Shown piece by piece: positions 51,333 through 59,741 of a DNA stretch of 64,000 nucleotides. Position numbers and translations under genes: made by a program. The notes under the pieces are model-generated. The model ran no database searches. It worked only from the letters and a program-made list of their open reading frames with translations, and was not told where the DNA came from. The stretch covers positions 117,340 to 181,339 of the forward strand of contig NZ_JAQSCU010000018.1 in the NCBI RefSeq assembly GCF_029945535.1, in the 5' to 3' direction. Numbering within the stretch: position 1 is the first letter of the stretch; every line of letters starts with the position of its first letter. The stretch comes from Methylotenera sp. Its GTDB lineage: Bacteria > Pseudomonadota > Gammaproteobacteria > Burkholderiales > Methylophilaceae.

Positions 51333-51791
51333 CTATTTCGGCATCACTACCGTTTTACCTTGTTCTTGAGCACGTTTTAGCGCCTCTGCAGCTTCTGGCG
51401 GCATATAGTTTTCATCATGTTTAGCAAGCACTTCACTAGCCATAAATATGCCATCTGGACCTAATTTACCTTGCGCTACCACGCCTTTACCTTCTTTAAA
51501 CAAATCCGGTAAAACACCCTTGTAAACAACTGGTACAGTTTTAGCGGTATCTGTAATAGCAAAATGCACGGTTAAACCATCATCTTGGCGCTTTAAACTA
51601 TCTTTTACTACTAAGCCACCAATACGGAAGCCAGTACCGTGCGGCACTTCACCTTTATCTACTTGCGTTGGTGTGTAGAAGAACACCATATTGCTTTGGA
51701 AAGCATTCAAAATAAGCATTGCGGCTAAGCCTAGCAATGCCAAACCAATCGCTATTAAAATAAATCGTTTATGTCGTGCTTTTATAGCCAT
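51333..51791 (-). CDS. ccmE: Haem chaperone CcmE
   Basis: I prefer the start at 51791 (MAIKARHKRFILIAIGLALLG); the track start at 51872 would overlap ccmD. Haem-binding region VLAKHDENYMPPE. Confidence 0.9.
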   Translation of the reverse strand: MAIKARHKRFILIAIGLALLGLAAMLILNAFQSNMVFFYTPTQVDKGEVPHGTGFRIGGLVVKDSLKRQDDGLTVHFAITDTAKTVPVVYKGVLPDLFKEGKGVVAQGKLGPDGIFMASEVLAKHDENYMPPEAAEALKRAQEQGKTVVMPK

Positions 51792-51792
51792 A

Positions 51793-51957
51793 TTAACCTT
51801 GTGCCAAAATTTTAGATAAACGTAATGCAGCTTTGCTACGTTTGCGCAGAGATATGACTTCCCAAGCGACACAAAGTGCCGTTAAGCCAAAAGAAAACCA
51901 CACATAAAATGCGTAGCCACCCATATTAAAAAATGCTGACCAACTTGCCCATTGCAT
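51793..51957 (-). CDS. ccmD: Haem exporter protein CcmD (54 aa; absent from the ORF track)
   Basis: My translation: MQWASWSAFFNMGGYAFYVWFSFGLTALCVAWEVISLRKRSKAALRLSKILAQG. A single TM segment followed by a basic tail. Its ATG shares one nt with the ccmC stop, and its stop lies 1 nt before the ccmE ATG. Confidence 0.8.
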   Translation of the reverse strand: MQWASWSAFFNMGGYAFYVWFSFGLTALCVAWEVISLRKRSKAALRLSKILAQG

Positions 51958-52706
51958 TATAATTTGCCTCCTGCTGTGACTGACAGCTCTTTAACCCAAT
52001 CCGATGAACGCTCACGTTCCAGCATAATGCAGCGTACGCGCATCAATGCAACCGCCACGGTATACATCCAAAAAGCTAAAGCCATCAGCAGCATGCCCAT
52101 CAACATAGTCGCCGCCATTTTCGGCGCCGCACCCATATTGATGCTGGAACCTTGATGCAAGGTATTCCACCATTTGACTGAAAAATAAATAATCGGCACG
52201 TTCACCACACCAACCAGCGCTAACAAAGCCCCCGCTCTATCTGCGCGACGCGGGTCATCAATTGACGCTTGCAAAGCAATAAAGCCAAGATACAAAAACA
52301 GTAATATAAGCTCAGAGGTTAAACGGGCGTCCCACACCCACCATGCGCCCCACATGGGCTTGCCCCACAGCGAACCTGTGACCAAAGCAAGTAAGGTAAA
52401 TATTGCCCCGGTTGGCGCTAAAGCTTGCGCCATCATGGCAGATAATCGCGCATTAAGCGCTAGCCCTAACGCCGCCCAACCAGCCATGACGATATAGATC
52501 ACCATGGACATCCAAGCAGCGGGCACATGGACAAAGATGATGCGATACGCTTCACCTTGTTGAAAATCAGTAGGGGCAACGGCAAAGCTAATGTACAAAC
52601 CTGCTATAGCGAAAATTGTGGCTAACCAAACAAACCATGGAATCATTTTTCCAGCTAATGGATAGAAAGTTTGTGGTGATGAATATTTAAACCAATTAAT
52701 GCTCAT
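51957..52706 (-). CDS. ccmC: Haem exporter protein CcmC
   Basis: 249-aa ORF. WWD motif WGAWWVWDARLTS. Confidence 0.95.
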   Translation of the reverse strand: MSINWFKYSSPQTFYPLAGKMIPWFVWLATIFAIAGLYISFAVAPTDFQQGEAYRIIFVHVPAAWMSMVIYIVMAGWAALGLALNARLSAMMAQALAPTGAIFTLLALVTGSLWGKPMWGAWWVWDARLTSELILLFLYLGFIALQASIDDPRRADRAGALLALVGVVNVPIIYFSVKWWNTLHQGSSINMGAAPKMAATMLMGMLLMALAFWMYTVAVALMRVRCIMLERERSSDWVKELSVTAGGKL

Positions 52707-52826
52707 AATTTATTTGCTCAAATTGCTCTGTAATTGCATTCAAATTGCACGGTAATGTTACTGTAATTCACGACTGCATTTCACGGCTGTCATTCACAGT
52801 GGCGCATATTTTACTCTACATGCGGT

Positions 52827-53495
52827 TTATTCTACAGAGATACGTAATGCAGCAGCTGTAGCTAATGGTGCTAACACCAAAGCAAGTAAAGAACAGGCAG
52901 CCAACAATGAAAGATGCGCCTGTGCACTCATGCCATGCTGACTTGCCGCGACTGCTCCAGCGCCAAAAATCAACACTGGAATGTATAAAGGTAACACTAA
53001 TAACGCCACCAACAACCCGCTACCACGAACGCCTAATGTGAGAGCAGCACCAATTGCGCCAATTAAACTCAATGCTGGCGTGCCTAACAATAAAGAAATA
53101 ATAAGCACAAATAACGCGTCGTTCGGTAAGGCATACTGCAAACCAATCAATGGCGCTAACAATACCACTGGCAAACCGCAAACCAGCCAATGAGCCAACA
53201 CCTTAGCCGTGACCAATAACGTCAATGGCTGCGGCGCGAGTAACATCTGTTCTAAACTACCATCAGCAAAATCTGCGGCAAATAAACGTGTAAGTGAAAG
53301 CATGCCAGCCAATAATGCCGCTACCCATAAAACACCTGGTGCGATGCTGCTCAGCACAGTAGGCTCTGGACCAATGCCAAGCGGAAATAAGCTGGAAACA
53401 ATCAAGAAGAAAAATAGCGTTGTCGCAACATCTGAACGTCTACGGAAAGCTAATAAAAGATCGCGCTTCAGCACGGTCATCCATGCACCGTTCAT
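52827..53495 (-). CDS. ccmB: Haem exporter membrane protein CcmB
   Basis: 222-aa six-TM ORF in the canonical position, overlapping the ccmA stop by 4 nt. Confidence 0.9.
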   Translation of the reverse strand: MNGAWMTVLKRDLLLAFRRRSDVATTLFFFLIVSSLFPLGIGPEPTVLSSIAPGVLWVAALLAGMLSLTRLFAADFADGSLEQMLLAPQPLTLLVTAKVLAHWLVCGLPVVLLAPLIGLQYALPNDALFVLIISLLLGTPALSLIGAIGAALTLGVRGSGLLVALLVLPLYIPVLIFGAGAVAASQHGMSAQAHLSLLAACSLLALVLAPLATAAALRISVE

Positions 53496-54109
53496 TCACT
53501 TAACCTCAAAGTTTGAGTGGACTGTGCATGAATTGCGACATCTTGATGAGTGGTAAGAATTGCCATTCCGCCACTGGATAGATGCTCCCCTAACTTTGCA
53601 GCAAGTATGCTAACTGACGCAATATCTAAGGCAGCAAAGGGTTCATCCAATATCCATAATTTACCTTCTGACAACCAAAGCTTAGCTAGCGTCACTCGTC
53701 TTTTTTGCCCCTGCGATAGCACGCGTGCTGGTAAATTTGCACAACGCTCGATTCCAATCGCTGCTAATGCCGCCAATGCTTTATCTTCTGTCACTTCATT
53801 ACCTGCGGCACGTGCGCTCATGGTTAAATTTTCTAGCGCAGTAAGATCATCTTTAAGCCCGTTCAAATGGCCAATATAAGTGAGATTGGACAAATAGCTT
53901 TCAGATTCTTCTTTGATAGGTTTTTTATTCCAGAAAACTGTTCCACTTTCTGGCAGCATCAATCCGCACAGCATGCGCAATAAACTACTTTTGCCACTAC
54001 CGTTCTCGCCCAGCACATAGAGCAGGCCGCCTGCATTAAGCTCAAACTCTACATTTTTAAACAGCAAGCGATCACCGCGCAAGCATGCTAACCCTTGCGT
54101 TAGTAACAT
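53492..54109 (-). CDS. ccmA: Haem exporter ATP-binding protein CcmA
   Basis: 205-aa ORF. Walker A GENGSGKS, ABC signature LSQGQKRR, Walker B LWILDEP. Confidence 0.95.
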   Translation of the reverse strand: MLLTQGLACLRGDRLLFKNVEFELNAGGLLYVLGENGSGKSSLLRMLCGLMLPESGTVFWNKKPIKEESESYLSNLTYIGHLNGLKDDLTALENLTMSARAAGNEVTEDKALAALAAIGIERCANLPARVLSQGQKRRVTLAKLWLSEGKLWILDEPFAALDIASVSILAAKLGEHLSSGGMAILTTHQDVAIHAQSTQTLRLSE

Positions 54110-56388
54110 TAAATGTCCAAACGGTAGCCGATAAAACTGAAATCGCGGAATGTGCGGGTGTGCCCTGGGTTAAAGCTGTCTGAATTATTTTCATTAGTCA
54201 CTTCTAAACCTACCTCTGCTTCTATAGTCGCCTTTTCGCGCAGGCGGTAGCTTGCTCTGACTGTCGGGCCAACAACATATTGCACGGAAGCTGGGTCCGA
54301 CTCAATTCTGAGTAACTTCACCGAGCTATCCAAGCGCCATTTATCACGAGGCACCATTACGTTAGTTAACACTACTGACTGAACACGGCTTGTTGGGCCA
54401 TCAATATAACTTACACTAATAATCGAAGTATCATCTTTAAATAGCGTGTCTAAACCTACTGCCTGCACATGGTAAGTATATGTATTACCACCTGTAAATG
54501 AATTACGCAGATTTTGTCTATCGAGATCACTTAAAAAAGTACCATTGTCTGCCGCTGTTTTTTCAGCAAGTGCTATTGCGCCATTACTGGCATTGGCACT
54601 ACCAGTTACCCTACTCATTTGAACATCTCCGCCCAATTGCCAGCGAGGCGTCACTTGACGTGTTGCACCTACCAAAAACAAGCTGGTATCCAATGTTTGG
54701 TTGATTGCATAATCTCTTAATCCTGACGCAGTTAAAGTATTTGGGGCGCTTATAGTACTACCTATTCGCAATGCCTGACGCAGCGATGTAGGCGTTGTTG
54801 GGTAAAACGTTTGATTTTGAAACGCGGGATCAAATAACGCATTAATCAACTGTAACACTGGCGACTTGCGATTTTCCATCAGGATATTATAACTGGTACC
54901 TTCTGCCGTTTGCCAGTTACCTTGCAACATAGCAGTATTTAAACGATTAAAATAAGTATCATAATCTACCACTGAGTATAACGATTTTCCCATATCAAAG
55001 TAACGCAACTCACCACCTACGCCACGCCTGTCAATTAAGTCATCGACCCTTTGCTCAATGAAAAATGTATTACCACTCCATTTTTCATTAATCGGACCAA
55101 TATCCAGATTGATTCCATAAAAATGCCGTCTGTAATCAATATTATATTCGTCCAATGCACCTGCAACAAAGTTCAATTTGTATTGCGGCGATAATCCATA
55201 ACGGAATAATCCACCATCAAAGCGACCTAAAACACCGCCAGAATTACCATTCTGTCTACCGATGCGTGTCATAAAGTCTGAGTCTTTATTCTGCAATTCA
55301 ACATAAGCAGCTTGCAACCTATTGCGATCTGCCTTATTCGGCAGAAAGTCCATGGTTTGCGTATTACGGATTACAATTCGGTTATCCCACTCGTTTTGGC
55401 GGAATCGGGCAGTAAGGTCTATCGCACTCACTAATTGAGACTGATCATGCGTTCCCGTATTTTTGCCAGAGCCTGGATAATTATGGCTGTGCGCATCATA
55501 GTAATACTGATTCCAGCTACCATAGACCGTATTTTCGTGGATATCTCGAATTGGCTTTTTGGTTTTAGCCGCATCCGCACTGCTAAATTTATTTGAACCC
55601 TCTAACGCGGTTAAACGTTGGCGAACGCGTGTAGCGCCTTCACCCTCTGGATAAAGCTTAAGATATGTTTCATACTCTGCTTTTGCCTTAGACATTTCAC
55701 CCATTTTTTCACGCGAATTAGCAATTAGCTCTTGGGCATCTTGTGAATGAGTATTGCTTGGCAAACCGAGTACAGCATTCAGTAATTGCACTGCTTTGGG
55801 GTAATCACCAACACCTCTTGCTACGCGCGCCTCAGAAACCAACTTTGCGGCATAATCGTTATCACTCATATCAGCAGGCTTAGCTGGAATTTCACCTTGA
55901 GGGCCGTGATCAATGACAGGTGCTACTGGCGACTCAACAGCTGGTTCTGCAATGACTTCTGCCTTGTCTTTTGGCACATGAATCACTATACCGCGACCAC
56001 TATTGTCTGGCGTAACAGTGAATTTGACTGGGCTTTTAAATCGCACACCTATGCTATTAGAATTTTGCTCAGGATAGTTAACGGTAAAACGAGGTAAGAG
56101 ATTTGTTTTGGGTGAATTTCGAAATTCACGCTGATTTGATAGCGTTTCTTTTGAGAACTGAGGAAACTCTAAAAAGATTTGAATGCGGGAAGTTTCAGTA
56201 TTTAAGGGTGCATGCCTTAAATAACGCACTTGCGTTAAGAACTCAATATGAATTTCCGTCTCGTTTTGAGCTTGTACGATTTCAACTTTATCAAGAAGTT
56301 TATCTGCATGTGCCAACGAAGGCACAAGTGAACAAACAACCGCTAAAACAAGGTAAAAGCTTTTGGATAAATTCACATTAACCCTCAT
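54109..56388 (-). CDS. Large secreted protein: N-terminal beta-rich module, TPR segment and a ~480-aa putative outer-membrane beta-barrel. Translationally coupled to ccmA.
   Basis: The ORF is open to 56445, but that is a TTG start. I prefer the ATG at 56388 (MRVNVNLSKSFYLVLAVVCSLVPSLAHA) or the GTG at 56376, which is preceded by GAGGG. TPR-like YPKAVQLLNAVLGL...AKAEYETYLKLYPEGEG. The C-terminal two thirds have alternating-hydrophobic, Gly/Tyr/Asn-rich strands. The TAA stop overlaps the ccmA ATG (TAATG). Confidence 0.75.
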   Translation of the reverse strand: MRVNVNLSKSFYLVLAVVCSLVPSLAHADKLLDKVEIVQAQNETEIHIEFLTQVRYLRHAPLNTETSRIQIFLEFPQFSKETLSNQREFRNSPKTNLLPRFTVNYPEQNSNSIGVRFKSPVKFTVTPDNSGRGIVIHVPKDKAEVIAEPAVESPVAPVIDHGPQGEIPAKPADMSDNDYAAKLVSEARVARGVGDYPKAVQLLNAVLGLPSNTHSQDAQELIANSREKMGEMSKAKAEYETYLKLYPEGEGATRVRQRLTALEGSNKFSSADAAKTKKPIRDIHENTVYGSWNQYYYDAHSHNYPGSGKNTGTHDQSQLVSAIDLTARFRQNEWDNRIVIRNTQTMDFLPNKADRNRLQAAYVELQNKDSDFMTRIGRQNGNSGGVLGRFDGGLFRYGLSPQYKLNFVAGALDEYNIDYRRHFYGINLDIGPINEKWSGNTFFIEQRVDDLIDRRGVGGELRYFDMGKSLYSVVDYDTYFNRLNTAMLQGNWQTAEGTSYNILMENRKSPVLQLINALFDPAFQNQTFYPTTPTSLRQALRIGSTISAPNTLTASGLRDYAINQTLDTSLFLVGATRQVTPRWQLGGDVQMSRVTGSANASNGAIALAEKTAADNGTFLSDLDRQNLRNSFTGGNTYTYHVQAVGLDTLFKDDTSIISVSYIDGPTSRVQSVVLTNVMVPRDKWRLDSSVKLLRIESDPASVQYVVGPTVRASYRLREKATIEAEVGLEVTNENNSDSFNPGHTRTFRDFSFIGYRLDI

Positions 56389-56416
56389 TTCTAAGGCATT
56401 AATTGCATATAGCCAA

Positions 56417-56445
56417 ATAGTATTTATTTTTTTCATAAAAGTCAA
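56417..56445 (-). promoter_or_regulatory. Candidate sigma-70 promoter for the OMP-ccm transcription unit
   Basis: Minus-strand TTGACT (56445-56440), a 17-nt spacer, then TACTAT (56422-56417). It sits about 30 nt upstream of the preferred ATG at 56388. Confidence 0.45.
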
Positions 56446-56524
56446 TTACTTACAATTTTAAGATAAAGTTTTTATTAGTTAGCTTCAACAAACTAAGGTG
56501 AGAAAAATCTACCTTATGAATCCT

Positions 56525-59500
56525 TTATTTGTCGAATGTATTAGTGTTGTGACAACCTGAAGAGTTACAGTCTTTAGGTGAATTATGTGATTTTGACTCA
56601 ACTCCAACATATCTAGCACCATGACAAGATCTACATGTTGCGGTCAATAACGAATGGTTAGGTTTTTTAGGATTACTAAAGCTAGTGGTGCCAGTGTGGC
56701 AAGCATCACAAGAAATTCCAATTACAGGCACATGGTTAGATATTACGCCCATGGCAGCGGCGCCATTATGGCAAGTTGAGCAACTACTTGGAGCGATGCC
56801 TGTATGGTTAAAGGCTGCGCCAGTAAATGTAGTAGTCGATTTATGGCAAGTTTCACAACCCGCAGTAGTCTGTACATGGTTAGCAGACTTGCCTAACGCT
56901 GTAGTTCCATTGTGACATTTCGCACAACCTGTGGTGATGCCAGTATGGTTCATAGTAGCACCAGTAAACGTTGTCGTAGACTTATGACAAGTTTCGCAAG
57001 AAGCTGTAGTTTGTACGTGGTTACTTGGCTTGCCTTTTGCCGTTGACCCATTATGGCAAGTTGCGCAGCCAGAAGTGATGCCGGTATGATTCATCGCTCC
57101 TGTACTAAATGTCGTCGTCGATTTATGGCAGGTTTCACAAGATGCCGTAGTTTGCACGTGCGTACTTGGTTTGCCTATTGCAGTTGATCCGTTATGACAA
57201 GTTGCACAACCGCTGGTAATGCCCGTGTGGTTCATGGTTGTACCAGCAAACGAAGTGGTTGATTTATGGCAAGTCTCGCACGATGCAGTGGTTTTTATAT
57301 GAGTACTTGGTTTCCCTGCCGCTGTATTACCATTGTGACAAGTTGCACAACCACTCACAATGCCAGTATGGTTAAAGGCTGCACCTAAAAACGATGTTGT
57401 TGACTTGTGACAGCTTTCACAAGATGCCGTAGTTTGCACGTGATTACTTGGTTTACCCATTGCCGTTGAACCGTTATGACATTTAGCACACCCCGTCGTA
57501 ATACCAGTGTGGTTCATCGCTGTGCCAGCGAAGCTTGTCGTAGATTTATGGCAAGTTTCACACGATGCAGTCGTAGCAATATGGGTACTTGGCTTACCTA
57601 GTGCCGTTGACCCGTTATGGCAAGTTGCGCAGCCAGAAGTGATGCCAGTATGATTCATCGCTCCTGTACTAAATGTCGTCGTCGATTTATGGCAGGTTTC
57701 ACACGATGCGGTCGTAGCAATATGGGTACTTGGCTTTCCTTTGGCTGTAGCCCCATTGTGACAAGTAGCACACCCCGTTGTAATGCCAGTGTGATTCATC
57801 ACAGTTCCAGCAAACGAAGTGGTCGATTTATGGCAAGTTTCACACGATGCGGTCGTAGCAATATGGGTACTTGGCTTTCCTAGTGCCGTTGACCCGTTAT
57901 GGCAAGTTGCGCAGCCAAAAGTGATGCCAGTATGATTCATCGCTCCTGTACTAAATGTCGTCGTCGATTTATGGCAGGTTTCACACGACGATGTTGTTTG
58001 CACGTGAGTACTTGGCTTTCCTTTGGCCGTTGACCCATTGTGGCAAGTGGCACACCCCGTCGTAATGCCAGTGTGATTCATCACAGTTCCAGCAAACGAA
58101 GTAGTAGATTTATGGCAAGTTTCACACGATGCGGTCGTTGCAATATGGGTACTTGGCTTACCTAGTGCTGTTGACCCGTTATGGCAAGTCGCGCAACCAG
58201 TGGTAATCCCAGTATGATTCATTGCGCCACCTTTGAAGCTGGCGGTGGACTTGTGGCAAGTCTCACAAGCCGCTGCAGTGGATATATGAGTGCTTGGTTT
58301 AGAAACTGGTTTAACACCTGCAAAGCCCGTGCCGTTATGGCAACTTGAACAGCCCGCGGTAATGCCTGTGTGGTTCATCGCTGTGCCAGCGAAGCTGGTG
58401 GTGGATTTATGGCAGGTTTCACAGGCCGCTGTGGTTGGGATGTGGTTGCTTGGTTTAGCTAAGCCAGAGCCGCCTGTTTTATGGCAGGTTGCACAACCGG
58501 TGGTAATGCCGGTATGGTTCATCGCTGCGCCACCTTTGAAGCTGGTGGTGCTCTTATGGCAGGTTTCACAGGCCGCGGTGGTAGCGATGTGGCTGCTGGG
58601 TTTGGATTTGATGTTGGCAAAGCCACCGCCGTGACAGGTCGCACAGCCAGTGGTGATACCGGTGTGGTTCATTGCAGCACCCTTAAAGCTGGTTGTGCCC
58701 TTGTGGCACGTATCACAAGATGCTGTTGTTGGTACGTGACCAGCACTCATTCCTGACGCAGTTTTACCATGACAAGTTGCACAACTACCTGGCGCAACCC
58801 CACTATGATCCATTTTTCCATGTTTAAAACTGGTGGTTGAGTTATGACAAGTTTCGCAAGCCGCAGATGTTTTAATGTGATTACTGGATTTGCCAAGCGC
58901 CTTATTTCCATCGTGGCAACTTGCGCAGCCGCCGCTTATACCCGTGTGGTTCATTTTTGCAGGTATCCAGCCAGTTGTCTTATGGCAGGCGTCACATGAT
59001 TGGCTGGTACTAATATGTCCAGCTTTCTTCCCCGTAGCTGTTTTGCCATGACAAGTCGCACAAGTTCCAGCGGCGACGCCTGTATGATCATGACCTAATG
59101 CTGGCAACCAAGCATTAGTGCTCTTGTGACAAGTATCGCAATTAGCCGCTGTTGCAAGATGCTGAGCAGGCTTACCACGCACATTGGTATTATTGTGACA
59201 GGCTGAACATGTGCCATTAGTTGCACTGTCGTGCACAAAATTTACCGATGGCCAATTCGTAGATTTATGGCAAGTTTCACAACTTTTATTTGTAGGTATA
59301 TGCTGACTAGGCTTAGCTGAGGCTGAAGCACGACCACTTTGTACATGGCAACTCTCACACTGTTTAGGAGTTCCCTTGAAAATGCCGTTTGTATGACAGC
59401 TTTCGCAGTTAACTTTTAGGTGAGCACCACTTAAAAGGAAACCCGTTTTACTGTGATTAAAATTGGTTGCTGAGCGACCTCTTTGGCTTGCAGCTGAAGC

Positions 59501-59626
59501 ATCACCTGTTGAGAATGATAAAATAATCAATAATGTTGCCAATAACAAAGCAGTCCAGTTCAGCATAGCGAATATACGGCCTGATTGGGTGGAGTCTGCT
59601 TTACTTACTGATATCATTGGTAACAT
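56525..59626 (-). CDS. Giant multihaem c-type cytochrome, about 40 CXXCH motifs (paired-CXXCH repeat architecture)
   Basis: 1033-aa ORF. GGAGGA Shine-Dalgarno 5 nt before the ATG. N-terminal hydrophobic signal or anchor (WTALLLATLLIILSF). By hand I count 40 CXXCH plus one terminal CNSSGCH. The repeating unit is CATCHNGSTALGKPSTHIATTASCETCHKSTTSFAGTxMNHTGITTG. Confidence 0.9.
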   Translation of the reverse strand: MLPMISVSKADSTQSGRIFAMLNWTALLLATLLIILSFSTGDASAASQRGRSATNFNHSKTGFLLSGAHLKVNCESCHTNGIFKGTPKQCESCHVQSGRASASAKPSQHIPTNKSCETCHKSTNWPSVNFVHDSATNGTCSACHNNTNVRGKPAQHLATAANCDTCHKSTNAWLPALGHDHTGVAAGTCATCHGKTATGKKAGHISTSQSCDACHKTTGWIPAKMNHTGISGGCASCHDGNKALGKSSNHIKTSAACETCHNSTTSFKHGKMDHSGVAPGSCATCHGKTASGMSAGHVPTTASCDTCHKGTTSFKGAAMNHTGITTGCATCHGGGFANIKSKPSSHIATTAACETCHKSTTSFKGGAAMNHTGITTGCATCHKTGGSGLAKPSNHIPTTAACETCHKSTTSFAGTAMNHTGITAGCSSCHNGTGFAGVKPVSKPSTHISTAAACETCHKSTASFKGGAMNHTGITTGCATCHNGSTALGKPSTHIATTASCETCHKSTTSFAGTVMNHTGITTGCATCHNGSTAKGKPSTHVQTTSSCETCHKSTTTFSTGAMNHTGITFGCATCHNGSTALGKPSTHIATTASCETCHKSTTSFAGTVMNHTGITTGCATCHNGATAKGKPSTHIATTASCETCHKSTTTFSTGAMNHTGITSGCATCHNGSTALGKPSTHIATTASCETCHKSTTSFAGTAMNHTGITTGCAKCHNGSTAMGKPSNHVQTTASCESCHKSTTSFLGAAFNHTGIVSGCATCHNGNTAAGKPSTHIKTTASCETCHKSTTSFAGTTMNHTGITSGCATCHNGSTAIGKPSTHVQTTASCETCHKSTTTFSTGAMNHTGITSGCATCHNGSTAKGKPSNHVQTTASCETCHKSTTTFTGATMNHTGITTGCAKCHNGTTALGKSANHVQTTAGCETCHKSTTTFTGAAFNHTGIAPSSCSTCHNGAAAMGVISNHVPVIGISCDACHTGTTSFSNPKKPNHSLLTATCRSCHGARYVGVESKSHNSPKDCNSSGCHNTNTFDK
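56783..58195 (-). repeat. In-frame tandem coding repeat array: ten units of 141 nt (47 aa, two haem sites each; one unit is 144 nt) with a 282-nt higher-order period
   Basis: Unit boundaries were checked at the CAKCH codons (56926) and CATCH codons (58195). The string GCCGTTGACCC(G/A)TTATGGCAAGTTGCGCAGCC recurs at 57039, 57603 and 57885 (offsets 564 and 282), with a slightly diverged copy at 58167. Confidence 0.85.
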
Positions 59627-59741
59627 TTAATCCTCCTCGAGGAGTTATTGGCGAGCATCATGCACACCAACGTATCGCCTTAAAAAGGCTTTGAACTTTA
59701 AATTCAATTGAGCGACTAAACAGTCTAAAAATACAATTTTT

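Noticed and set aside
56389-56445. The track's 5' extension of the OMP ORF (MTFMKKINTIWLYAINALE...).
   Set aside because: It starts at a TTG, lacks a ribosome-binding site, contains a near-consensus -35/-10 pair, and delays the signal peptide by 19-23 residues. The downstream ATG or GTG gives a normal signal peptide.
56783-58195. Regularly spaced near-identical repeats that might be mistaken for a CRISPR array.
   Set aside because: The units are 141 nt and contiguous with no unique spacers. They lie in one long open reading frame and encode paired haem-binding motifs. No cas genes are present in the window.
57617-58756. Plus-strand ORFs of 88-114 aa (57617-57883, 58290-58634, 58481-58756, also 56685-56915) inside the giant cytochrome gene.
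   Set aside because: They are antisense shadows of a highly repetitive coding sequence depleted in stop codons. They have no start context or motifs, whereas the minus-strand frame carries about 40 regularly spaced CXXCH motifs.
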